Shown piece after piece: positions 16,743 to 23,094 of a DNA stretch of 48,620 bases (position 1 is the stretch's first letter; every line of letters begins with the position of its first letter). The notes beneath the pieces are model-generated. The model did not search any database. It was not told where the DNA came from and worked only from the letters and a program-made list of their open reading frames with translations. This DNA comes from a bacterium (lineage in GTDB: Bacteria > Patescibacteriota > Patescibacteriia > UBA2196 > GWA2-42-15). Where the stretch lies: NCBI GenBank assembly GCA_035388025.1, contig DAOOPA010000001.1, positions 1 through 48,620 of the forward strand, read 5' to 3'. The position numbers and the translations under genes are program-made.

Positions 16743-17201
16743 ATGAAAAAGCTCATCCTGCTTACTTGCATCCTGGTCCTGGCGGCGATGTCGCCACCCC
16801 AATCCTTGGCGATGAGCGCCCAGACCATGGATGAAGCGATCACGTCGACCGGCCCGAGTGTGTCGCCGCCGGTTAGCAACAACAGCGTGTTACAAAACGC
16901 CAACATGACCCAAGGGCAAACAGTGGCCAACGTGGCGAATCTGGAACAGATGACGGTGCTGATGGTGATCAGCCCGCCAGTCGTGAGCAATGACGCAAAC
17001 TACATCGTGGAAAACGCCAATGAGGCCCAAAATCAACAATCGGCCAATAATGTGGCGAAAAGCGAAATGATGACGGCCAGTGCTGACCTCTCACCGACGA
17101 TAGGTATGGTGATGAAATTTACTATCGTGGCGATTGCTGACGAATTCTGCAATACCACCAATCCGGTAGCCATCGATCGTATGGTCTGTCTGCGCGTCTG
17201 A
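16743..17201 (+). CDS. secreted protein with two tandem repeats of about 38 aa (152 aa), unknown function
   Basis: Strong SD (GAAAGGAGGAATCCTT-ATG). Signal peptide MKKLILLTCILVLAAMSPPQSLA. The repeats are SPPVSNNSVLQNANMTQGQTVANVANLEQMTV and SPPVVSNDANYIVENANEAQNQQSANNVAKSEMMT. GC is high (about 60% in 16801-16860 by hand count). Confidence 0.65.
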   Translation: MKKLILLTCILVLAAMSPPQSLAMSAQTMDEAITSTGPSVSPPVSNNSVLQNANMTQGQTVANVANLEQMTVLMVISPPVVSNDANYIVENANEAQNQQSANNVAKSEMMTASADLSPTIGMVMKFTIVAIADEFCNTTNPVAIDRMVCLRV

Positions 17202-17262
17202 CTGAAGGATGTACGTCTGCTACGTGATACTTGGGAACCCTGAAATTGAATAAATGTTCCAA

Positions 17263-17300
17263 AGGGGTGATGCGCTATGCGTGTCACCCCCAATTTTTTT
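17263..17300 (+). terminator. intrinsic terminator after the secreted-protein gene
   Basis: GGGGTGA...TCACCCC hairpin followed by CAATTTTTTTG. Confidence 0.65.
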
Positions 17301-17355
17301 GTTTTGGACCTCACCCTCAGCCCCTCTCCTAAATAGGAGAGGGGGGCTAGTTGGT

Positions 17356-17384
17356 TTGACTTGGGTTAAAAGTTGTGCTATACT
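17356..17384 (+). promoter_or_regulatory. near-consensus promoter TTGACT-N17-TATACT
   Basis: TTGACT at 17356-17361, a 17-nt spacer, and TATACT at 17379-17384. Confidence 0.6.
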
Positions 17385-17390
17385 AATAAT

Positions 17391-17624
17391 AGATTAAGAA
17401 CTATCAGGTGAGCAATGATAGTTTTTAATTTGGCAAAAGAAGCAAGATAAAAATGATAATCAACGGGGCAGAAATATTTTTTTAAATATCAACCGCAAAA
17501 ATATGGAGCCCAAAATAATAAAATAGATTATCAAAAAATCAGTAGTGGTGAATGGCCAAGAGTAGAACCTTGAAAATTAATAAATTAAAACAAAAATCAA
17601 AAATCCCCAGAAGGGATTTTTTGT
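17391..17624 (+). ncRNA. candidate orphan transcript (about 230 nt) with no ORF longer than 11 codons
   Basis: Bounded by the promoter at 17356-17384 and the hairpin plus T-run at 17597-17624 (AAATCCC/GGGATTT). It has an 8-bp hairpin at 17399-17423 and a long-range TGATAATC/GATTATCA pairing. Confidence 0.3.
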
Positions 17625-17626
17625 TT

Positions 17627-17655
17627 TTGACATAAGAAAATAGTTCTGCTAAGAT
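17627..17655 (+). promoter_or_regulatory. promoter of tRNA-Gly(GCC): TTGACA-N17-TAAGAT
   Basis: TTGACA at 17627-17632 and TAAGAT at 17650-17655. The tRNA starts at 17672. Confidence 0.55.
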
Positions 17656-17671
17656 ATTATAAGAATAGTTC

Positions 17672-17746
17672 GCGGGTATCGTATAATAGCTATTATGCGT
17701 CCTTGCCAAGGACGAGAAACGGGTGCGATTCCCGTTACCCGCTCCA
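17672..17746 (+). tRNA. tRNA-Gly (anticodon GCC), atypical D- and T-loops, CCA encoded
   Basis: Acceptor GCGGGTA/TACCCGC and anticodon arm CGTCC-TTGCCAA-GGACG. The T-loop reads TGCGATT (G at position 55) and the D-loop reads ATAATAGCTA, where the UCC paralog has ATAATGGTTA. Its own terminator lies at 17753-17776. Confidence 0.75.
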
Positions 17747-17752
17747 AAAAAT

Positions 17753-17776
17753 CACCTAAGGGTTAGGTGGTTTTTT
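17753..17776 (+). terminator. intrinsic terminator after tRNA-Gly(GCC)
   Basis: CACCTAA (17753-17759) pairs with TTAGGTG (17763-17769), followed by TTTTTT. Confidence 0.7.
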
Positions 17777-17787
17777 GTTTGGGGAAA

Positions 17788-17826
17788 ATAAAAAAGCCCT
17801 GCTGTATTTGGTTTGGTGGCAGGGCT
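17788..17826 (-). terminator. intrinsic terminator of the rSAM-peptide operon
   Basis: On the minus strand, AGCCCTGC...GCAGGGCT (17795-17802 with 17819-17826) is followed by a T-run (the A-run at 17788-17795 on plus). Confidence 0.7.
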
Positions 17827-17848
17827 TACGAACCGAGGCGATCACGGT

Positions 17849-18001
17849 TTAGTTGTGTGGTTGGTCATCGTGGCGAGAGCAGGCACAGCTGGTTGGCTCT
17901 TGGGTTTTTTTGATACCCTCGATTCCCTTAAAGAGCCGATCCTCTTGTTCCTTTTGTTTGATAAGGAATAAGAGGATGAGAGGACTTATTAGAGGGGTCA
18001 T
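17849..18001 (-). CDS. unannotated 50-aa peptide, candidate RiPP precursor: MTPLISPLILLFLIKQKEQEDRLFKGIEGIKKTQEPTSCACSRHDDQPHN
   Basis: Hand translation. The ATG at 18001-17999 is preceded by TAAGGAGACGAAC (SD AAGGAG) and starts 10 nt after the rSAM stop. The TAA is at 17851-17849 and the terminator follows. Confidence 0.55.
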   Translation of the reverse strand: MTPLISPLILLFLIKQKEQEDRLFKGIEGIKKTQEPTSCACSRHDDQPHN

Positions 18002-18011
18002 GTTCGTCTCC

Positions 18012-19133
18012 TTACGAATTAGAACACCCTTTTGGTTTGAGTCCGGCTTGAAAATATAAAAGCCGGAGTGGATTGCATATCGAACAGATACAGCTTGCGC
18101 ATTGGACTAGGGGTTTATTTATTGATTTGGTTTGTTTTTTTAGTTTATACTTTATGAAGAAAGAAAATATATTAAAACCTCTACACATAACCCTGGCGGT
18201 TTGGCACGGGAGCACTTGGCCGGAGCTGGTGATATGAATGAAATATTTTCCGGCTTGGCAGGTTTGCTCAGGCGTTTTATCCGCTGGGGGATTGATGGAT
18301 TGTACCACGTCTGGGCAGTCTACCGCGTAATGAAGTGGTGTTGGGCTCCCAGAGAATGTCGGGGTAATACTACCGCTGACAAACCAACTAAAACCAAATT
18401 GTTGGCACAGGTTGATCATCTCATCAATCTCACGCTCATTTTTTTGGGTGATGATAATATTGATATGAGTGTTTATTCCAGAAGATTTTAATATTTTTAG
18501 GCCGGCTAGAAAGCAAGCATATGATCCACTAATGCCAGTATAACAGTTGTATGTTCTGGCGCTGGCTCCATACATACTTAGAGTAATTTGATAAGGTGGC
18601 TTTTCTTGGATAAGTTGCTTGAGTCGAGTATTTAATGAGAAATAAAATCCGTTGGTTTGGATTTTAATTAAAAAGCCTAGATCATAAGCTTCTTCGTATA
18701 AGTTACAGAAGTCTGGCGAACTGGTGGGTTCGCCACCTGTAAGCTGGAGCCAGGTGCAACCAAGTTTTTCCAGTTTTTTGAGGACCTTAATTTTTTGTTG
18801 ACAAGGTAGCTCTTGTTCTTTAATGCCTTTCATAACGCAGATAGCACAGTGGTATGGGCAATAATTGGTGACGGCCCAGCTGGCTTTGAGGATATTCATG
18901 CTCCCTTTTGGCCGGAGGATAAAAATATCCCTGGCGGTTTTTCCTTGGGTGTTTGTTCCCATACGAGCCAGAACTTTAGTCAGAGAATCACCGACCGGTC
19001 CGTCAAAAAGATAAACGGTCCTAATATATTCGTATTGATCAGCAGTTAAAACATACTCTAGATAAGCAGGGCGGCTGACCATCACCCACGCTTGTCTTGT
19101 TGAATCAAAGAAGACAACGACGTCGGGCTTCAT
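18012..19133 (-). CDS. radical SAM enzyme with C-terminal SPASM/twitch-like Cys cluster and an N-terminal extension of about 95 aa (putative peptide maturase)
   Basis: CPYHCAIC is a CX3CX2C cluster. GGEPT is a SAM-binding motif. CQAGKYFIHITSSGQVLPC fits C-x12-G-x4-C, followed by CASCICSIC. The SD is GAAAGGGAGGCTAT-ATG. Confidence 0.8.
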   Translation of the reverse strand: MKPDVVVFFDSTRQAWVMVSRPAYLEYVLTADQYEYIRTVYLFDGPVGDSLTKVLARMGTNTQGKTARDIFILRPKGSMNILKASWAVTNYCPYHCAICVMKGIKEQELPCQQKIKVLKKLEKLGCTWLQLTGGEPTSSPDFCNLYEEAYDLGFLIKIQTNGFYFSLNTRLKQLIQEKPPYQITLSMYGASARTYNCYTGISGSYACFLAGLKILKSSGINTHINIIITQKNEREIDEMINLCQQFGFSWFVSGSITPTFSGSPTPLHYAVDCPDVVQSINPPADKTPEQTCQAGKYFIHITSSGQVLPCQTARVMCRGFNIFSFFIKYKLKKQTKSINKPLVQCASCICSICNPLRLLYFQAGLKPKGCSNS

Positions 19134-19188
19134 ATAGCCTCCCTTTCTGTGGTTTTTAAGGTTGTTTGATTAATTTTATTTACCTTAT

Positions 19189-19217
19189 AGTTTAAGTCTT
19201 TATTCGGGAATAGTCAA
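19189..19217 (-). promoter_or_regulatory. promoter of the rSAM-peptide operon (TTGACT-N17-TAAACT on the minus strand)
   Basis: The reverse complement of 19212-19217 is TTGACT and that of 19189-19194 is TAAACT. This leaves a leader of about 50 nt carrying the SD. Confidence 0.5.
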
Positions 19218-19249
19218 GGGAAACAAACAAATTACATGAAGGGTGAAAT

Positions 19250-19468
19250 TTATTTTATTTCTATCAGCTTTTGTCTGGCAGTTTCACCTTTGACGATGGT
19301 GAGGCGGGATTTGGGGATTTTGAGGTGGGCGGAGAGGAGTTTTATTGTAGCTTCATTGGCTTTGCTTTTGTCCGGAGCGGCGGTGGTATGGATGACAAAA
19401 TGAGAGTCGTCTAGCTGGGTGACTTGGTTGAGTTTGGATTTGGGAGAAACTTTGACGTATAAAAGCAT
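19250..19468 (-). CDS. DUF167 (YggU-like) family protein
   Basis: A 72-aa protein with KVSPKSK...KANEATIKLLSAHLKIPKSRLTIVKGETARQK, the typical DUF167 pattern. Confidence 0.65.
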   Translation of the reverse strand: MLLYVKVSPKSKLNQVTQLDDSHFVIHTTAAPDKSKANEATIKLLSAHLKIPKSRLTIVKGETARQKLIEIK

Positions 19469-19476
19469 ATTAGAAA

Positions 19477-20088
19477 TTAGATATTGAGGGATTTTTCATA
19501 TTGATTTAAATAACGTTCGATTTTTTTGATTTCATTTTTTAAGTCCTTTTTGCAGAAAGGTAAAGTGAGGTTGGTTACTTTTTCGTTGAATTTAAACTTT
19601 ACAAATTTAAGGGCATCGGTTGGGCTCATACCTTCCCTAAGTAAAGTTTTTAGAAACAGTGTGGTATTTTTTAAGGATAAAAATTTATAGCTATCCGCGT
19701 TGGCGATTATTTTGGCTCCCAGACTAGTGAATCCTGTATTTTCGTGGTGTCGCAAGACACCCTCTAATATTTTTTGTTTGTCCTCAGCTGGCAGGTTAAA
19801 TTTGTTTAAAAAATTTTTGGCGTCTTCATAGCACATCTTGGAGTGGTCCTCCATTTTGCCGATGGCCCTGGCTTTCCCTAGGCTTATATCTTCAAGGATG
19901 GTTCCCAGAAGAATTAATTTTTTGTTTACTTTGTAATAATTGGCGATTTTTTGTCCGCCAGCATTGGAACTATTGTAAGCCCAGGTTGAGGGGGCATCAT
20001 ATTTGTTTATTTCTTTTTTAGCCCAAATGTCAGCGGCTTCTATGGCGCGTTTATATTCGGCGATAGTTTGTTTGCTTTTTATTATCAT
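19477..20088 (-). CDS. hypothetical protein, possibly HD-superfamily
   Basis: Helical protein with LRHHENTG and NADSYKF. The assignment is weak. Confidence 0.35.
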   Translation of the reverse strand: MIIKSKQTIAEYKRAIEAADIWAKKEINKYDAPSTWAYNSSNAGGQKIANYYKVNKKLILLGTILEDISLGKARAIGKMEDHSKMCYEDAKNFLNKFNLPAEDKQKILEGVLRHHENTGFTSLGAKIIANADSYKFLSLKNTTLFLKTLLREGMSPTDALKFVKFKFNEKVTNLTLPFCKKDLKNEIKKIERYLNQYEKSLNI

Positions 20089-20576
20089 ATTAATTCCAAA
20101 ATTTTTAATTCTAACTTATTGGTGGTTGTGTCCCAAACGGCAAAGGTGGCTTTGGTGAACATGCCGGCAAGGGTACCGGGGTTGGCGAGAATGGTTTTAT
20201 TGATTTGCTCGATCCAGGGCTTGTGGTTGTGACCGTAGAAGATAAAATTATATTGATTGGTGGCGGCAAGGTTTTTAGCGTCTTTGGGGTGGTGAGTAAG
20301 CACAATTTTTTTGTGAGCAATATTTAGTTTGGCTAGGTTATGATAAATTTTGAGATGGGTAAATTTTTTGAGCAGGTTGACGTTGGGATAATCAGCGTTG
20401 CCTAGAATAAGAAAGATTGGCCTAGTAAAATTGGCGGCGATTACTTTTATTGTTGCGGTAGAACCAGTGTCGCCGAGAATAAGAAGTTTTTTCACTTGAT
20501 GGTTTTTAGCCCAGGAGAGAAATTTTTCCAGATTAGTAAGATTGTCGTGAAGGTCGGAGATGATAGCGACTCTCAT
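20085..20576 (-). CDS. metallophosphoesterase (YfcE/MJ0936 family)
   Basis: VAIISDLHDN, ILGDTGS, LGNAD and GHNHKP. The start is moved to MRVAIISD. Confidence 0.75.
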   Translation of the reverse strand: MRVAIISDLHDNLTNLEKFLSWAKNHQVKKLLILGDTGSTATIKVIAANFTRPIFLILGNADYPNVNLLKKFTHLKIYHNLAKLNIAHKKIVLTHHPKDAKNLAATNQYNFIFYGHNHKPWIEQINKTILANPGTLAGMFTKATFAVWDTTTNKLELKILELI

Positions 20577-20613
20577 ATAAGCATTTAAACATTTAAGCAT
20601 TTAAACATAGCAA

Positions 20614-21465
20614 CTATTGAGAGTTGCGTAGCGATTTGAGGATGGCAATATCTTTTTTACGGCGGGAGTCAGTGGGGGTTTCGAGAATCAGATCAACTTC
20701 TAGTTTATTTTTTTGCAAATATTTTATTAAGGCTGAAAACCCAGCAAGTCCGATTTGGCCAGAACCCAAGTTTTCGTGGCGGTCAGAGTGGGAGCCGAGA
20801 GCGACTTTGGAATCATTGAGGTGGATGAGTTTTAATTTTTTCAAGCCGATAGTTTTGTCAAATTGACTAAAAGTTTTTTGAACAGATTTTTCATCACGGA
20901 GGTCATAGCCGGAGGCAAAGGCGTGGGCGGAGTCAAAACAAACACCAAGACTTTTTTGTATAATGGGGTGTGTATTATGTATTATGGCGTTGATTTCCTC
21001 AAAGGTATCGCCGATGATTTGTCCAGAACCGGCAGACATTTCAATTAAAAATTTGGTAGAACCATGATAATCAGTAAGAACTTTTTCCAGGCCGATGACG
21101 ACTTTTTTGAGCGATGCTTTTTCACCCAGGTCTTTGGCGGAACCAAGATGGGTCATTAAATATTTAACACCGAGCAGAGAGCCGCGTTCCAATTCTTCAC
21201 GCAAGACAGAGATGGAGCCATAGTAGATGCGATTATTCGAAGAGGCAAGATTGATAAAATATGGAGCATGGAGATAAAAATTTTCAAACCCCAATTTTCG
21301 GTTGGCCGTCTTAAATTTTTTTAGGTCAGTGGGGGTGAGCTTTCTGGCTGGGCCGCCTTGAGGCGAACGTGAAAAAAACTGGTAGCATTCGCAACCTTGT
21401 TTTTTGGCGTTGGCTGGGGCATTTTCGAGACCGCCAGCGGCGGAGATGTGGGCGCCGATGAGCAT
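20614..21465 (-). CDS. nfo: endonuclease IV (deoxyribonuclease IV)
   Basis: MLIGAHISAAGG, YLMTHLGS, CFDSAHAFASGYD and HLNDSK. Confidence 0.9.
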   Translation of the reverse strand: MLIGAHISAAGGLENAPANAKKQGCECYQFFSRSPQGGPARKLTPTDLKKFKTANRKLGFENFYLHAPYFINLASSNNRIYYGSISVLREELERGSLLGVKYLMTHLGSAKDLGEKASLKKVVIGLEKVLTDYHGSTKFLIEMSAGSGQIIGDTFEEINAIIHNTHPIIQKSLGVCFDSAHAFASGYDLRDEKSVQKTFSQFDKTIGLKKLKLIHLNDSKVALGSHSDRHENLGSGQIGLAGFSALIKYLQKNKLEVDLILETPTDSRRKKDIAILKSLRNSQ

Positions 21466-21540
21466 AAGGAAGGACGATAAGTTGATATAATATAGGTTAT
21501 TGTAGCAAGATTGTTAGGATGAAACAATGGTATTAAATTT

Positions 21541-21650
21541 AAAATTAAAAACTCAAAAATCAAAATTGTGGTATTCCGCTAGCGCGGGATGGATTCATTT
21601 TTAACTTTAAATTGTCATTTTGCATTTTGATTTTTGATATTTGAATTTAA
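21541..21650 (+). repeat. intergenic repeat of about 110 nt, copy 1
   Basis: AAAATTAAAAACTCAAAAATCAAAATTGTGGTATTCCGCTAGCGCGGGATGGA...TTGTCATTTTGCATTTTGATTTTTGATATTTG. About 80% identical by eye to 40371-40480. Confidence 0.6.
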
Positions 21651-21679
21651 AAAACCGCCGGCTTGGCGGTTCTTGAGGG

Positions 21680-22963
21680 TTATTTGACGATTTTTCCTTT
21701 GAGCCAGTCAATGACTTTTTTGTTGGCAATTGATTGGGCGAGATATCCGCGGTAGTCTTTCGATTTGACTTGAGAGAGAAGTTCATCATTATCCGAATAA
21801 AGATCAGTTATTTTTTTAAGCTCAAGATCAATTTCTTGCTCTTCGGCCTTAATTTTTTCCGCCTGGATGATGGCGCGCGTGGTCAGAATGCTTTTGGCGC
21901 GCAGTTCGGCCTGGGGGCGCAGATCTTTTTTGAATTCATCTTCGGTTTTGTTCATATTGGTGAGCCAAGTAGCAAGGGAGAGACCTTTGCCAGCGAGATC
22001 ATCTTCCAGCTCGTGCATCATGAGGTGGAGCTCGTTTTCAATAAGTTTTTCCGGTAACTCGGGAAAAGTTATTTTTTCAATGACTAATTTGAGCAGATCG
22101 TTTTCCAATTTACGATCAGCCTTGTTTTGTTTTTCCAGAGTCAGATTATTAGTGATTTGTTTTTTTAATTCAGCCAAATTTTGGAAGCGGCCGAGACTCT
22201 TGGCGAAAGCGTCATTAATTTCAGGAACATCTAGTCGATAGACACCTTTGACGGTGATAGTAAAGTCACAAGTTTTGCCGGCAAAGTTTTTTTGAAAATA
22301 ATCTTTAGGGAAGGGAAGAGAAAAGCTTTTTTGTTTACCAGCCGAGAGCCCGATAATTTGTTCTTCAAAACCGGGGACCATATGATGTTCACCCAGAAAG
22401 ACAGCAAAGTCTTTTTGGGTGGCATTTTCTTGGGGGACGCCAGCTAGAGATATTTGATAGTCTAATTTTACCAAATCATCGTTTTTGGCTGGACGGGCTT
22501 CTAGGATTTCTGTAGCCCGAGATTTGGCCAGTTGTTCCAAAAAGGTAGTGACTTCTTGGTCATCAACGGAAACATCAGGTCTGGGCAAAGAGAGATCGTT
22601 TAAATCTGGCAGGGTAATGGCGGGGAGAATAGTAACCTTGGCAGTATAAATAAGATCATTGTCGGGAGCCATTTTTTGAACATTGATTTCTGGCTGGCCA
22701 AGGGTGTTGAGTTCTTTTTGGTTGACAGCCTCGATAAAAGTGTGGGTAATTATTTCCGAGAGGGCGTGCTCCAAGATGGCCGTTGCTCCAATTTTTTGCC
22801 TGACAATGTCGTAAGGCGCATGGCCGGGACGAAAACCCTCCAGTTTGAGGGTCTCGGAAAGCTGGCGGGCGGCCGAGAGCATAAATTTTTCATATTCTTT
22901 GGGCAAGACAATAATAGTTATTTCCATTTCTGATAAGGGGAGATTTTTGAGGCTGATATTCAT
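21680..22963 (-). CDS. tig: trigger factor
   Basis: N-terminal ribosome-binding motif GFRPGHAP, FKBP-like middle domain, and typical length of 427 aa. Confidence 0.85.
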   Translation of the reverse strand: MNISLKNLPLSEMEITIIVLPKEYEKFMLSAARQLSETLKLEGFRPGHAPYDIVRQKIGATAILEHALSEIITHTFIEAVNQKELNTLGQPEINVQKMAPDNDLIYTAKVTILPAITLPDLNDLSLPRPDVSVDDQEVTTFLEQLAKSRATEILEARPAKNDDLVKLDYQISLAGVPQENATQKDFAVFLGEHHMVPGFEEQIIGLSAGKQKSFSLPFPKDYFQKNFAGKTCDFTITVKGVYRLDVPEINDAFAKSLGRFQNLAELKKQITNNLTLEKQNKADRKLENDLLKLVIEKITFPELPEKLIENELHLMMHELEDDLAGKGLSLATWLTNMNKTEDEFKKDLRPQAELRAKSILTTRAIIQAEKIKAEEQEIDLELKKITDLYSDNDELLSQVKSKDYRGYLAQSIANKKVIDWLKGKIVK

Positions 22964-23094
22964 AAAAGAAGATTAATTAGTTAAATATCATCTTAGCATT
23001 TTATAGAGATAAGACAAGGGGGCTGGGTTAAAAAGGTTGACCAAGAGCGTCATTATTGGTAATATCCAGACAGTAAAAACAAAGAAGTAAAAAG

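Noticed and set aside
17853-18059. Plus-strand 68-aa ORF from the track (MCGWSSWREQ...)
   Set aside because: It lies antisense to the SD-preceded 50-aa ORF and overlaps the 3' end of the rSAM gene. It has no SD or promoter and looks like a shadow ORF.
18012-19133. The idea that this rSAM is the missing AmmeMemoRadiSam partner of the Memo-AMMECR1 fusion at 1720..3312
   Set aside because: It is 15 kb away in a compositionally distinct block. It also carries an N-terminal extension and a SPASM-like C-terminal Cys cluster that I do not associate with the AmrS-type (activase-like) enzyme. I cannot formally exclude the link without an HMM search.
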